The notes under the pieces: generated by a model | Databases searched by the model: none | What the model saw: only the letters and a program-made list of their open reading frames with translations | Told to the model about the DNA's origin: nothing | Position numbers and translations under genes: made by a program | NCBI GenBank assembly: GCA_018052455.1 | Contig: JAGPNE010000001.1 | Coordinates: 295,261-359,260 of the forward strand | Direction: 5' to 3' | DNA: 64,000 nucleotides | DNA from: Candidatus Fermentithermobacillaceae bacterium | Lineage (GTDB): Bacteria; Bacillota; Sulfobacillia; Fermentithermobacillales; Fermentithermobacillaceae | Shown here: piece after piece, positions 40,288 through 50,825 of the stretch | How positions within the stretch are numbered: position 1 is the stretch's first letter | Layout: every line of letters starts with the position of its first letter

Positions 40288-41280
40288 CTAAAACATGTCA
40301 CTCAGAAACGCAAAAAACCGCTCGCTGGGCTTTATAGCAGAACCAATTTCAGAGATAACCATGCCTGCCACAATCAAAATAGCACCCCAAATCTCACGGG
40401 TAGAGAGAATCTCGCCTGCTTTCAGCCAAGCAAAGAACGCTCCAAACACTGGTTCGCACGACAGTATGAGGGCTGCGTGAGTAGCGGTTGTGTATTTTTG
40501 GACACCAGATTGTATTAGTATTGTAATCGAAGTAGCGATAATGGCAGTGTATGTAATGGATGCCCAGCTGTCCTTAGGTATCGTGAGAGGCCATTCGAAC
40601 AAAACCGCTGCAACAAAAGCTCCGAAAGACACGACCAAGAGCTGAATTGCTGCAAACACCAATGGGTCATTTTCCTTTGAGTATTTTTCTATGAGCAGAA
40701 TGTGGGCTGCAAAACCTATGGCACACAGAAATACCAGGACGTCTCCAGCCTGAACCATAACAGGAAAAGTCAATGACATGAACCCCAAACCAATTGTTGC
40801 AAGAACCACCCCAAATACAGTGTTTGTAGGAGGAACAGACTTAAGCAGAAAAGCTGATGCCACAGGAACCATGACCACTGATAGCCCAGTGATAAACGCC
40901 GCTTTCCCGGCAGGGACTGTTATCAAGCCCACTGTCTGGGTAGCGTAGGCCAAAAACAACGTCACGCCGGTAATCACCGAGCCTAAAGTAAACTCTCTAT
41001 TAAGCTGCCGAATCTTCAAACGCGCACTGCTTTCTCGCCAGTTCCCCGGGGTTGATTCTACCCCCTGTCTGCCAATAACATGGGCAGTATCTGAGTTATT
41101 CTTCACTAAAAATGCTCTTAAGAGCACAAAAACCAACAGGAAAAGACCGCCGACTAAGAACCGCACGGCTATAAATGTAAAGGGCTTTATGGCCTCTATT
41201 GCCTCTTTCACTACCACAAAGGTAGTACCCCAGATTACGGTTACAAGAAGCAAGAGCAGATCTGCTACTATTTGGCTCAT
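40288..41280 (-). CDS. DMT superfamily transporter (EamA family)
   Basis: two EamA repeats, 10 TM helices. Confidence 0.8.
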   Translation of the reverse strand: MSQIVADLLLLLVTVIWGTTFVVVKEAIEAIKPFTFIAVRFLVGGLFLLVFVLLRAFLVKNNSDTAHVIGRQGVESTPGNWRESSARLKIRQLNREFTLGSVITGVTLFLAYATQTVGLITVPAGKAAFITGLSVVMVPVASAFLLKSVPPTNTVFGVVLATIGLGFMSLTFPVMVQAGDVLVFLCAIGFAAHILLIEKYSKENDPLVFAAIQLLVVSFGAFVAAVLFEWPLTIPKDSWASITYTAIIATSITILIQSGVQKYTTATHAALILSCEPVFGAFFAWLKAGEILSTREIWGAILIVAGMVISEIGSAIKPSERFFAFLSDMF

Positions 41281-41317
41281 ATGGGCTACCTCGTTTTACC
41301 CTGATTCTCAGAGATTA

Positions 41318-42181
41318 TCATGGTTCGTAATGGTAAAGACCAGTACAGACAGTTGCAGCCGGTCCGGTTTGCCATACATGACCATCTTTCTTCCACTCTA
41401 CCAGAAGCGTGCCTCCAGGCAAATTCACTTTTATGGGGATCCCTTTCTCTGCCTTACCATTAAGAATAGTAGCAACCACCGAAGCAGAAGAGCCGGTTCC
41501 CGATGCGAGTGTTATCCCAGAACCTCTTTCCCATATGCGCATATCTATTTCGTCTTTTGACTTTACAGCAACAAATTCTATATTTGCACGCTCAGGAAAT
41601 ATTGGGTTATGCTCGAGAACTGGGCCAATTATCTCAAGGTCGATCCCGTTTACGTCGTCGCAGAAGAAGACGCAGTGGGGGTTCCCCATTGACACACAAG
41701 TACCGTAGAACACCTCACCATTTGATTGGATAGGTTCGTTAACGACTGGTTCAGGCCCTTGCAGCCTGGCAATAGGGATTTCAGATCTCCTCAGCCTGGG
41801 CTCTCCCATATCCACTGAAATTGACTCTACTCTGCCATCTTTTACCGTAAGATAGGGCTTTATCAACCCGGCCTTTGTTTCGATAGTTAGTTCAACCTTG
41901 TCTGTAAGTTTGTTTTCGTAGACGTACTTTGCGAAACATCTGATCCCGTTGCCGCACATCTCACCCTCCAGGCCGTCAGCATTAAACATCCGCATCCTGA
42001 AGTCCGCTATATTAGATGGCTCAATTGTGATCAGCCCGTCTGAACCTACCCCAAAATGCCGATCAGCCATGACCCGGGTTAACGCGCTCCAGTTTTCCTC
42101 TTTTTCGTAGGCAAACCTATCTATATAAAGATAGTCATTGCCGAGTCCATGCATTTTCGTAAACGGAATAGTTCTAGTCAC
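41318..42181 (-). CDS. dapF: diaminopimelate epimerase
   Basis: HGLGNDY and CGNGIRC catalytic cysteine motifs. Confidence 0.85.
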   Translation of the reverse strand: MTRTIPFTKMHGLGNDYLYIDRFAYEKEENWSALTRVMADRHFGVGSDGLITIEPSNIADFRMRMFNADGLEGEMCGNGIRCFAKYVYENKLTDKVELTIETKAGLIKPYLTVKDGRVESISVDMGEPRLRRSEIPIARLQGPEPVVNEPIQSNGEVFYGTCVSMGNPHCVFFCDDVNGIDLEIIGPVLEHNPIFPERANIEFVAVKSKDEIDMRIWERGSGITLASGTGSSASVVATILNGKAEKGIPIKVNLPGGTLLVEWKKDGHVWQTGPAATVCTGLYHYEP

Positions 42182-42399
42182 CCTTAGTCCTCCCCGTGTT
42201 CAAATATGTGGTACGTAAAGAGCAAGAATCGTTCCTAAGATGATATTTAGGAAACGCACGCCAGAATCCTTCTTTGAAACACACGGCCACACGTTTTACT
42301 GTCGCATGTGTAGTTCAACTCGACAATAGTATTGTGATAACCTTGGAGTGTTATCATGTGTGTAAGAAAAAAACCATCAACTACGTTTTTGGGGGAGGT

Positions 42400-43305
42400 A
42401 TGAAGTTCGTGAAACGCAAGAAAATAGTAGAATGCGTACCGAATTTCAGTGAAGGTAGAGACCAGTCTGTCATAGATGCAATCTTGAGAGCAATTGAAGG
42501 TTCGGGGTGCAAAATACTCGATTGGTCCATGGATCCGAGCCACAACCGGGCCGTTGTTACATTTGTGGGAAGTCCCGACCAGGTAGAAGAAGGTGCGTTT
42601 AACGCCGCAAAGACGGCCAGCGAGCTTATAGACATGGAAAAACATCATGGAGAACACCCGAGAATTGGCGCCACCGACGTCATTCCGTTTGTGCCTATCC
42701 ATGGGGTAACGATGGAAGACTGCATCGAGATATCTAGAAGACTGGCCAAGAGAATTGGCGACGAGCTTTCGATCCCTGTTTATCTCTATGCCAAGGCCGC
42801 AACAAGGCCGGATAGAGTGCGCTTACCTGATGTAAGAAAAGGTGAATATGAAGGACTGAAAGAAGACATCAAGTCCGATCCTGAAAGAAAACCCGATTTC
42901 GGGCCTTCTGAACTGCACCCAAGAGCAGGCGCAACGGCTGTAGGAGCAAGGCCGCCGCTCATCGCATTCAATGTCAATTTGAATACCGATGACATAAAAG
43001 TTGCCCGGACCATCGCAAGACACATAAGGGAGTCGTCAGGAGGACTCCCTGCAGTCCAGGCAAAGGGGGTAATGATTGAGGAACTAGGTCTTGCGCAGGT
43101 AACCATGAATCTTTTGGACTACAAGACCACGCCAATCCACATTGTGATGGCCAAGATAGAAGAAGAGGCTGCGGAAAAAGGAGTAGAGATTGTGAACTCC
43201 GAAATCATTGGACTAGTGCCATTGGATGCGCTTCTCGACACGGCTTACGCAAGGTTGAAGTTAAAAGACTTCTCACGAGAGCGTATCCTAGATCTAATTG
43301 TGTGA
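42400..43305 (+). CDS. ftcD: glutamate formimidoyltransferase (FtcD N-terminal domain, stand-alone)
   Basis: IVECVPNFSEGRD N-terminus. Start at the Met of MKFVKRK. Confidence 0.85.
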   Translation: MKFVKRKKIVECVPNFSEGRDQSVIDAILRAIEGSGCKILDWSMDPSHNRAVVTFVGSPDQVEEGAFNAAKTASELIDMEKHHGEHPRIGATDVIPFVPIHGVTMEDCIEISRRLAKRIGDELSIPVYLYAKAATRPDRVRLPDVRKGEYEGLKEDIKSDPERKPDFGPSELHPRAGATAVGARPPLIAFNVNLNTDDIKVARTIARHIRESSGGLPAVQAKGVMIEELGLAQVTMNLLDYKTTPIHIVMAKIEEEAAEKGVEIVNSEIIGLVPLDALLDTAYARLKLKDFSRERILDLIV

Positions 43306-43397
43306 TAGCGGCTATGCCAGTCATATCCGCACCAAGCAGTTTGGATTGCTCTCAGTTGATATGGTTTGACAACGATATTGAATTGGAGTGATTACCT

Positions 43398-44012
43398 TTG
43401 AATCTAGAACAGTTCCTAGAGGATCTACGTGCTCCGACGGGTGCACCGGGGGGCGGCGCAGCGGCCGCCATGGCAGGTGCCATGGGTTGTGCGCTTTTTC
43501 AGATGGTTGCAGGCGTAACTTCATCTCTGCCCCGGTTTTCGGAGAACAAGGACAAACTAGAGGAAATCTACAGCAAATCTGAAACTCTGTACAACACTTT
43601 TTTGCAATTGACGGAAAAGGACACAAATGCGTATAGACAAGTAGAGTCCGCCATGAAAATGCCAAAGAACACAGTAGAGGAAAAGGCTTCTAGGCGGCAG
43701 GCTATGCAAGAAGCATTTGGTGTGGCTACACAGATTCCGCTTCAGGTTATTCGCACATCACTTGAGGCTATGTCTCTTTTACCGGATCTACTCCTATACG
43801 GCAATCCCAACGCTATAACCGACGTATGCGTAGGAGCTTTCATGCTAGATAGTGCAGTGCGCGGCGCATCCGTGAACGCCAAAATTAACCTCGGCTCGAT
43901 AAAAGACGAAGAATTCAAGAATCGCTGCAATCTAGAGCTTCAGAGTGCAGAGCAAGATGCATCCAGGTACATGGCCCAGCTAGAGCACGCCATGGAAGAA
44001 GCAGGATTGTAG
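43398..44012 (+). CDS. formimidoyltetrahydrofolate cyclodeaminase (FtcD C-domain-like)
   Basis: 204 aa cyclodeaminase-domain similarity (GGGAAAAMAGAMG...). Confidence 0.8.
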   Translation: MNLEQFLEDLRAPTGAPGGGAAAAMAGAMGCALFQMVAGVTSSLPRFSENKDKLEEIYSKSETLYNTFLQLTEKDTNAYRQVESAMKMPKNTVEEKASRRQAMQEAFGVATQIPLQVIRTSLEAMSLLPDLLLYGNPNAITDVCVGAFMLDSAVRGASVNAKINLGSIKDEEFKNRCNLELQSAEQDASRYMAQLEHAMEEAGL

Positions 44013-44026
44013 GTTCACTGAACCGG

Positions 44027-44079
44027 GGGGACGGTACTTTTTGCTTCACTGTCTCGGTGAAGCAAAAAGTACCGTCCCC
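44027..44079. terminator. bidirectional terminator, perfect 23-bp stem with 7-nt loop
   Basis: ggggacggtactttttgcttcac / gtgaagcaaaaagtaccgtcccc between convergent genes. Confidence 0.7.
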
Positions 44080-44094
44080 TCCATTTGCTTTGAT

Positions 44095-45627
44095 TCACTT
44101 GACGCAGTATACACCCTGCTGTTGTATTGCCCTGCCTACCAAGTTTAGTCCGGCATCTCGGGCTTTTAGGACGTAATCTATGATCTCACTGCTTATGAGC
44201 TCTCCGGGAACTATCAAAGGCGACCCCGGCGGGTAAACTACAACTGTATCTGCCGAGATACGACCCTGGCTATTCCCTATTTCCATAAGTTGTGACGGCG
44301 ATAGAAAGGATTCCCTTAGCCCTTGAACTTTTTCTGGCCTAGGAGGCTCACCCAGACCTCTCAATGAGCCATGGCCCGACTGGCTTGGTTGCTTTCCAAA
44401 CCGTCTGGATAGATCTCCAAAAGCATCTGCCACCAATTCTATCTCCTGTGTTCCATCAGCGCCTGTTACAATCATCACTAGGTACGAAGGTCCAGCCATT
44501 TCGCAGACAATTGATTTCTCTGACGCAAGGTAGCGCGCAGCCTCCGGGCCAGTAATGTTAAGATCTCGCAGATCTACCAATATCCTCGATGGGTCACGAA
44601 AAATCCCTTGGGGCATCTTGGTTTGGCCATTGTGACCCGAAATCCCTATGAAGGGTACCTCCTCCAGACGCCTGGTAAGCTCGAGTGCACTATCGACGCT
44701 CTGTCTCACCCAGGCAGACTCGTCTTGTTGCAAAACGTCGATCGCCTGTTCCAAGGAAGACATGAGAAGATATGATGGCGACGTACTTTGAACACTCCTA
44801 AGAGACTCCTCGACCGAAGGCGCTATATCCGGGAACCTATTCTGCGCTCCGCTCGCTATATGAAGCAGACCTGTCTGAGTAAAGGCTGTCGTCGTTTTGT
44901 GAGTCCCATGTATCACAATATCCGCCCCACACTTGAGCGCAGACTGCGGCAACATTCTATTGAATCCAAAGTGTGCACCGTGAGCTTCGTCAACAATGAG
45001 CATAGCTCCCCAAGAATGTGCGATTTCTGCGATTCGAGTGAGATCCCTCGCAAATCCACAGTAAGTAGGATTTACAACAAACACGGCTTTGACTTGGTCT
45101 TCATCTGAATTGCAACGGTTTGATTTCAAAGCTTCTGACAGGTCGTCTTCTGAAATGGGTAAATAGCCACCGAAGTCCTCGTAGTAGTCGGGCCGCACCC
45201 ACATAGGCTCGAATCCGGACATGACCATAGCAGAAATTGCAGACTTGTGAGTGTTTCTCGGCAGAATCACTTCTCCCGGTCCTAACATCATGCGTGCGGC
45301 TAGAAAAGATGCTTGCACGCCGCAGCTAGCCCCATTGATTAGGAAGTAGGAACGCAGGGATCCAAAGACGCGTTGTGCCATCTCTTCGCTTCGTAGAATA
45401 CAACCTGAGGGATAGTGAAGATTGTCCAATCCTGGACATTCAGTAACATCGAGCAACCTACAGTCGTCTAGGATTCGGCAAACCCTCTGCATATCTGGGT
45501 CAGGAGCTACTCCGCCCAGGCTTGTAGGCTTGCCTTTATGCCCGGGCATATGCATTCTAACAGGCTCTTCTGCGGCATACTGACATAAGGCGTCTATTAT
45601 GCCGCTTGCATTCCGGTCTATGTTCAA
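44095..45627 (-). CDS. Orn/Lys/Arg decarboxylase family PLP enzyme (SpeA/YaaO-like)
   Basis: MPGHKG N-terminus typical of OKR_DC_1. Confidence 0.8.
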   Translation of the reverse strand: MNIDRNASGIIDALCQYAAEEPVRMHMPGHKGKPTSLGGVAPDPDMQRVCRILDDCRLLDVTECPGLDNLHYPSGCILRSEEMAQRVFGSLRSYFLINGASCGVQASFLAARMMLGPGEVILPRNTHKSAISAMVMSGFEPMWVRPDYYEDFGGYLPISEDDLSEALKSNRCNSDEDQVKAVFVVNPTYCGFARDLTRIAEIAHSWGAMLIVDEAHGAHFGFNRMLPQSALKCGADIVIHGTHKTTTAFTQTGLLHIASGAQNRFPDIAPSVEESLRSVQSTSPSYLLMSSLEQAIDVLQQDESAWVRQSVDSALELTRRLEEVPFIGISGHNGQTKMPQGIFRDPSRILVDLRDLNITGPEAARYLASEKSIVCEMAGPSYLVMIVTGADGTQEIELVADAFGDLSRRFGKQPSQSGHGSLRGLGEPPRPEKVQGLRESFLSPSQLMEIGNSQGRISADTVVVYPPGSPLIVPGELISSEIIDYVLKARDAGLNLVGRAIQQQGVYCVK

Positions 45628-45702
45628 TTTGCTTACCTACTTTCTAGACATACTTGCCCTTACAAGAGACCCGTTGTGCAGGAAAGCGCCATAAAAAACC
45701 TG

Positions 45703-47364
45703 TTACACCACGTTTCCATCTTTACGCTCTTCGCTTCGGGGAAACGATCCGCATAGGGGCAGAACCAGTACCGATGGATTTTCGAGACCATAGTATATAG
45801 TTTGAGCCGCCCTTTGCATTGTTGGGCTCTCGAAAACAGGCAGATCTGTGTTTGGGTTCCTATCAAACTTGGGAAAGTTCGAACTACCTATGACCAAACG
45901 TACGCAGTGACCCTTGCCAAAAGTGTGGGCACACGCCTTCATGAGAATTGCAAACCTGCTTATCTGACCCGGTTCCAGAAATACCTCTGTAGTGATCCCG
46001 TTTCTGTATCTAGCCCTTACTATTCCATCTGCTACGTATCTAGAAACTCCGTCTGGACCTACATCGAACAGACCGGCCGTGAAATCCGTATCAGGAGCAG
46101 TAGAAGAAGCGTAAAACTCGACCATCGGGACGCCCGATATCTTGAGTGGCCCCTCGAGCGGGCCGTAATCGTGGACCAGAACGTCTGGTCTTTCAGATAC
46201 ACAAGAGACACTTGGTCCTGGCTCCAGACCTGCTTTGGGAAAAGCCCAAACCGCTCCCCCTTCGGTAGGTATGGGATCGTTGGGATCATACACAAAACCG
46301 TCAGATTCGCATTTACATCCGATCATATCTACCTGTCTTGAAAGGAGTCCCCTGTGCAGATACATGTTCAAACTAGAATCGCAATTAGGCCAATCGTCCG
46401 CTTCTTCCCAATGTGCTCTGCTGCCCGTGAAGAACACTTTTACAGGCGCCAACGATGAGAGATCTCCCTCTCCTTTGACCCACAAGTTCAACCATCTAAC
46501 GCTCTCTTCCACAAACCTTGAAGAAAGGTCTCCAACGGTCCCTAGGCTCCCTGGGTCGCCATAGCAAATATCGCCCGAGATCTTCTCGTTCCCTACTACT
46601 CCGTTATGACTCCAAGGGCCAAGGATTAACCGCTGAGGCGCGCCAGACTTTTTCATTTGCTGGTAAGGCTCTAGAGTGCTATCAAGAAGGAAATCGAACC
46701 AACCGGCGAAGTGTAGCCCCGGAATCGAAATCTCTCTAACGTAATTCCACAAGTCGTTTTCTTGCCAAAACTGCGACCGCGGTCCCCCTCTGAGCATCTG
46801 CGCCCAAGGAGAATTCAACTCTTGAGGCATTGCATCAATAAGAGGCATCTTCTCGTACAATTTAGCTTCAAACGAATCTAAGGTGGCGGTTTTTCGCCAA
46901 GGAAGGGAATACACCCAGGGTAGAGTATGATGCAATCTTAGGGCACCGGACTGAAAGCACAGCGTCTCACTGCATGTAGGAACTGTTACCCATACTGCGC
47001 ACTTTGTTTCCTCAGGGAATTCTACTCCGATGGCAATAGAGGCGGCCGACAGGTACGATATACCCAGTATTGCTAGGCTTCCGTCACACCATGGCTGTTC
47101 AAGCACCCACCTAGCCGTTTCAACCGCATCCCCAGGCTCTTGGCGCATAAAGTTGAAAACCCCAGATGAGTCTCCACTGCCCCGAACATCCTGAATAACG
47201 GTAGCGTAGCCGAATCGGGACATGACTCTGCCCAAAACTGCTAGACCACTCCGAGAATATACTGTGCGCACAATGATCACAGGATATGACCCGGAGCCTG
47301 GTAACGTTACACTTGTAGCTAGAGATACTCCATCTTTCCCATCTACCAAACACTCAATGCTCAT
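45703..47364 (-). CDS. CocE/NonD family hydrolase (S15 X-Pro dipeptidyl-peptidase-like)
   Basis: GISYLS nucleophile motif, 553 aa. Confidence 0.75.
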   Translation of the reverse strand: MSIECLVDGKDGVSLATSVTLPGSGSYPVIIVRTVYSRSGLAVLGRVMSRFGYATVIQDVRGSGDSSGVFNFMRQEPGDAVETARWVLEQPWCDGSLAILGISYLSAASIAIGVEFPEETKCAVWVTVPTCSETLCFQSGALRLHHTLPWVYSLPWRKTATLDSFEAKLYEKMPLIDAMPQELNSPWAQMLRGGPRSQFWQENDLWNYVREISIPGLHFAGWFDFLLDSTLEPYQQMKKSGAPQRLILGPWSHNGVVGNEKISGDICYGDPGSLGTVGDLSSRFVEESVRWLNLWVKGEGDLSSLAPVKVFFTGSRAHWEEADDWPNCDSSLNMYLHRGLLSRQVDMIGCKCESDGFVYDPNDPIPTEGGAVWAFPKAGLEPGPSVSCVSERPDVLVHDYGPLEGPLKISGVPMVEFYASSTAPDTDFTAGLFDVGPDGVSRYVADGIVRARYRNGITTEVFLEPGQISRFAILMKACAHTFGKGHCVRLVIGSSNFPKFDRNPNTDLPVFESPTMQRAAQTIYYGLENPSVLVLPLCGSFPRSEERKDGNVV

Positions 47365-47454
47365 GAATCTAGAACACCCTCTTTTGTTTTTCTCATAGAT
47401 ACGAGCGATCTACCCTAGACTGGACCGTGGGAAGCCGTTTAACCATTAAGGCAT

Positions 47455-47482
47455 ATGGGGTCCATGCAAACATGGACCCCAT
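47455..47482. terminator. hairpin downstream of the SPFH gene (atggggtccatg caaa catggaccccat)
   Basis: 12-bp perfect stem, 4-nt loop. Confidence 0.5.
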
Positions 47483-47502
47483 ACAATCAAACTACAATCA
47501 AC

Positions 47503-48429
47503 CTATTGGTCCTTCTTCGTTAATCCTCCAACCATGCCAAGGATGTCCATAGGAAGGGGGATCGGGAATACTATAGTTGAGTTCTGCTCTGAAGCTATTT
47601 CCGACAAGGTATGCAGGAAACGCAGCTGCACGGAAACAGGAGCTTCGGCCATAATCCTGGCAGCCTCGGCTAGTTTTTCTGAAGCTTGGAGTTCTCCTTC
47701 TGCAGAAATTACTTGGGCCCGCCTATCTCTCTCTGCCTCTGCTTGCCTGGCCATTGCCCGTTTCATGCTGTCGGGAAGTTCGATAGACTTCATCTCTACC
47801 ATGGATACTTTTATCCCCCACGGATCAGTCGCCTCGTCCAGGAGTCTTCTCAAGATTTCGTTCAGTTCTGATCTTTTGCTCAGTAGCTCATCAAGCTCGT
47901 GTTGACCGAGAATCGACCTGAGTGTAGTCTGGCCGAGTAGGCTCGTAGTTTTCACATAGTCGGCCACCTGCGTTACTGCCAGAACGGAATCGAAAACGTT
48001 GAAATAGACTACCGCATCCACAACAACAGGCACGTTATCCTTTGTTATCACTTCTTGCTTAGGAACATCGATAGTAAATGTTCTGATATCGACTATCCTA
48101 ACCTGATCAATGCCAAAAGGTGCTATGACTGCGATACCGGCCTCCAATACACCACTCAGTTTGCCAAGCCTGAAGGCCACTCCTCTAGTATACTCACGAA
48201 TGACTCTGTACGAAGTAGCCATGACTACAATGAGTATGAGGGAACATACAGATCCTACGGTAGGAAGCCAAATAGACACCCCAAAGGTAAGTGCTCCCAT
48301 CGCTCCGTGAATAAGAGCTACAAAGGAGTCCTTTCTCTTTATTGCCATGCTAATGGTAACAAGCCACATCAATGCGGCAACCACTATGGGAACATAAACA
48401 AGAGCTAGCCCCCAGTCCAAATGACTCAC
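47503..48429 (-). CDS. SPFH/band-7 (stomatin-like) membrane protein
   Basis: N-terminal TM helices, YTRGVAFRLGK SPFH core. Confidence 0.8.
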   Translation of the reverse strand: MSHLDWGLALVYVPIVVAALMWLVTISMAIKRKDSFVALIHGAMGALTFGVSIWLPTVGSVCSLILIVVMATSYRVIREYTRGVAFRLGKLSGVLEAGIAVIAPFGIDQVRIVDIRTFTIDVPKQEVITKDNVPVVVDAVVYFNVFDSVLAVTQVADYVKTTSLLGQTTLRSILGQHELDELLSKRSELNEILRRLLDEATDPWGIKVSMVEMKSIELPDSMKRAMARQAEAERDRRAQVISAEGELQASEKLAEAARIMAEAPVSVQLRFLHTLSEIASEQNSTIVFPIPLPMDILGMVGGLTKKDQ

Positions 48430-48477
48430 CTCTCAAGAGTTAGTTTCCAAATTTGGTACGCACCTACACATAGGTCC

Positions 48478-50172
48478 CTACTTGTTTGCACTAGCAGCAC
48501 GTTTCTTGTTTGTGCTCATAAAGGCAAGAACCACAATTGCTACAACCACCAACATGACCACTATAGGAATTAGGTTTGACCTTGGTTCTTCTAGAGGCAA
48601 TGTAATCTCTGCTTTGTACTTGTCCTTGTTCTTCCCTATAAACGTGAACGTGTAAGTGCCAGGTTCGCTTTCAGCGCTTACTAACAAAAGATCAGGCGCT
48701 TCGCTAGACGATTTCAAGATGAAAGGTGTCGACATCCCGCTCTCATAGGACAAGACCACGCTCCTGAAACTGGCGCTATTTACATCTACATTCTGCCCAT
48801 CTGCAGTCAGCCTCATCTTGTAGTACCCGTCCTTGGTCTTTCCTTCAGGCACCAGTTCTGCAGAGACAGCAATGGGTGCATAGATCCCATCGATCTCGTT
48901 TTCGTCCCTATAGATTACATACGCCGCACGTTTGACCCAAGCATCAAAGAACTGATCCGCCCTGTACTCCCGGCGCACAGTTTCATTGTCAGGGGCAGCC
49001 GGGTCATTGACTATGACGTATTCGATGCCATCCTTCCACGTAAAGCCCCTCACCAGGACAAGGTGCCCCTCGGTAGAATCAATGGGGACTCCCTCAACGG
49101 GAGGCATATCTCCGGGTATGGAGGGATTCTTATACCTCACGCTCACGACTACAGGTCTGTCTAAAGCGATTTGCTGTTTGACGTAGTACCAGGGATCAGC
49201 CCCTTCTTCCGGAACAACATAGTCTACATATGAGACAAACCCGTAGCTGGCGGCCGCTGCTACGTTGAACGCCCAGTTGCCAAATATCCCTGCTTCGTGG
49301 TCATGTACATCCCAGGCTACCTCTTCAGGCGAAATATCCAGACCATAATAACTAAGTACCATGGCCACAGATGTAGGGCTACAGATCGAATTTGCAATCT
49401 TGTAATCCCGCACCATCTGGGAATAACAGGGAACATCGAGATCCTTCTCAAAGTTAGTCAGATCTTGTGCATCATCAGGATATTTCTTCGCAATTGCTTG
49501 CCCTGGGAGTGTATTCTTCAAGGTTGACGCGACTAACCTGACTTTGGGCGTAACACCTTCATTTGCTCGTGGGTTTTCTGCAACATGCAAAACAAGGCGA
49601 TACTGAAAAGCATTAGCAGTTTCTCCGCTCTGCCCTTTTACTATCAGTTCATCTATGGATACCATGGCCAGAGGGTTATCGGTTTCGTCGTCTCTGCCTG
49701 ACCCGGGTAAGACTCTTCGGTTGTTGACTGTAAACGCAGAAGTACTCCACCGCCCCCACGATAGCCAATCGGTCCACTCATCCTTAACTCTCACTCTGCC
49801 TTGAATCTCAATATGTGATGTCTGAGGGGTATCTGCATTCCATGACAAGACCATATACTCAAAAGGCATTGTTTCTACTATTGGTGATGTGTATGTACCC
49901 GAAGAAGCGCCGTCCTCCAAGACAATTGCTCCATTACCACTGTCTATAACCTGAGTTCCATCCGTCTCACCTTTTCCAAAATCATCAACTGTTGTGAAGA
50001 TAAACAGATTGTCCTGTGAGACTCCAATCTCCTCGTTAGCACTTTGACTTCCCTGAGCTGCAGCAACCGGTAGCTTCACCAGAGGAACCACCTGCAGTAC
50101 CAAAGCAGCAATAACGGCAAATCCAATAACAATTACAGCAGTCCTTTCCACCACAAAACACCTCTCAGTCAA
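48478..50172 (-). CDS. membrane-anchored peptidase C39-like domain protein
   Basis: N-terminal signal/TM, central Peptidase_C39_2-like region (candidate Cys in ICSPTSVAMVLSYYG, His in GHLVLVRGF), C-terminal TM anchor plus basic tail. Confidence 0.6.
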   Translation of the reverse strand: MTERCFVVERTAVIVIGFAVIAALVLQVVPLVKLPVAAAQGSQSANEEIGVSQDNLFIFTTVDDFGKGETDGTQVIDSGNGAIVLEDGASSGTYTSPIVETMPFEYMVLSWNADTPQTSHIEIQGRVRVKDEWTDWLSWGRWSTSAFTVNNRRVLPGSGRDDETDNPLAMVSIDELIVKGQSGETANAFQYRLVLHVAENPRANEGVTPKVRLVASTLKNTLPGQAIAKKYPDDAQDLTNFEKDLDVPCYSQMVRDYKIANSICSPTSVAMVLSYYGLDISPEEVAWDVHDHEAGIFGNWAFNVAAAASYGFVSYVDYVVPEEGADPWYYVKQQIALDRPVVVSVRYKNPSIPGDMPPVEGVPIDSTEGHLVLVRGFTWKDGIEYVIVNDPAAPDNETVRREYRADQFFDAWVKRAAYVIYRDENEIDGIYAPIAVSAELVPEGKTKDGYYKMRLTADGQNVDVNSASFRSVVLSYESGMSTPFILKSSSEAPDLLLVSAESEPGTYTFTFIGKNKDKYKAEITLPLEEPRSNLIPIVVMLVVVAIVVLAFMSTNKKRAASANK

Positions 50173-50270
50173 AATCTAATACCACAGGCACATTACATGC
50201 CCTATAACTACGTACAACCATGTTCTTAACTGGTCATGGAACAGAAGTAGCCAGCGCGAAAAAAAGAACC

Positions 50271-50675
50271 CTAACGCTCCTCCTTTTCGGGAACAGTATT
50301 CTCAAGAAATTCAATCAATTTCTGCATAGTCTCAGGGCTAACTGCATGTTCCATAAGACACGCGTCGTTTTCCGCAACTTCCTCGCCTACTCCCAACACA
50401 TCTACAAGGAACTTCCGCAAAACTCTGTGTCGTCGCTGGACTCCCAAGGCGTGTTTGCGCCCTTCAGGGGTCAAATACACCTTCCCATAGCGTTCCTGTG
50501 TGACAAATCCTCTTTCTTTGAGGACGTTAAGGGCTGCAGTGACACTTGGTTTAGCTATCTGGAGCTTATCTGCGATATCAGTAACTCTTACCGATTGCTC
50601 TGCAGAATCGAGCTCTGAAAGCACTAATATGGCTTCTAGATAGTCTTCTATAGACGACGACAATTCTGCATCCAT
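50271..50675 (-). CDS. DtxR/MntR family metal-dependent transcriptional repressor
   Basis: wHTH plus metal-binding helix, DtxR-family similarity. Confidence 0.85.
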   Translation of the reverse strand: MDAELSSSIEDYLEAILVLSELDSAEQSVRVTDIADKLQIAKPSVTAALNVLKERGFVTQERYGKVYLTPEGRKHALGVQRRHRVLRKFLVDVLGVGEEVAENDACLMEHAVSPETMQKLIEFLENTVPEKEER

Positions 50676-50806
50676 TGAAAGCCCCCACCCTTTGGTTAGT
50701 TAACTTACGCTCTACCTTGTTCCACGCTGAGAATGGATTCTAGAAACGTCCGGAATTCTCCTGTCTACATCTTGTTTTCGCTTGACAGATGTAGTATATA
50801 ATATTG

Positions 50807-50825
50807 TTAGGTTAGGCTAACACTA
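50807..50825. promoter_or_regulatory. DtxR/IdeR-type iron box
   Basis: TTAGGTTAGGCTAACACTA matches consensus TTAGGTTAGSCTAACCTAA at 16 of 19 positions. Lies immediately upstream of feoB, divergent from the dtxR-like gene, overlapping a TTGACA -35-like hexamer at 50782. Confidence 0.65.
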
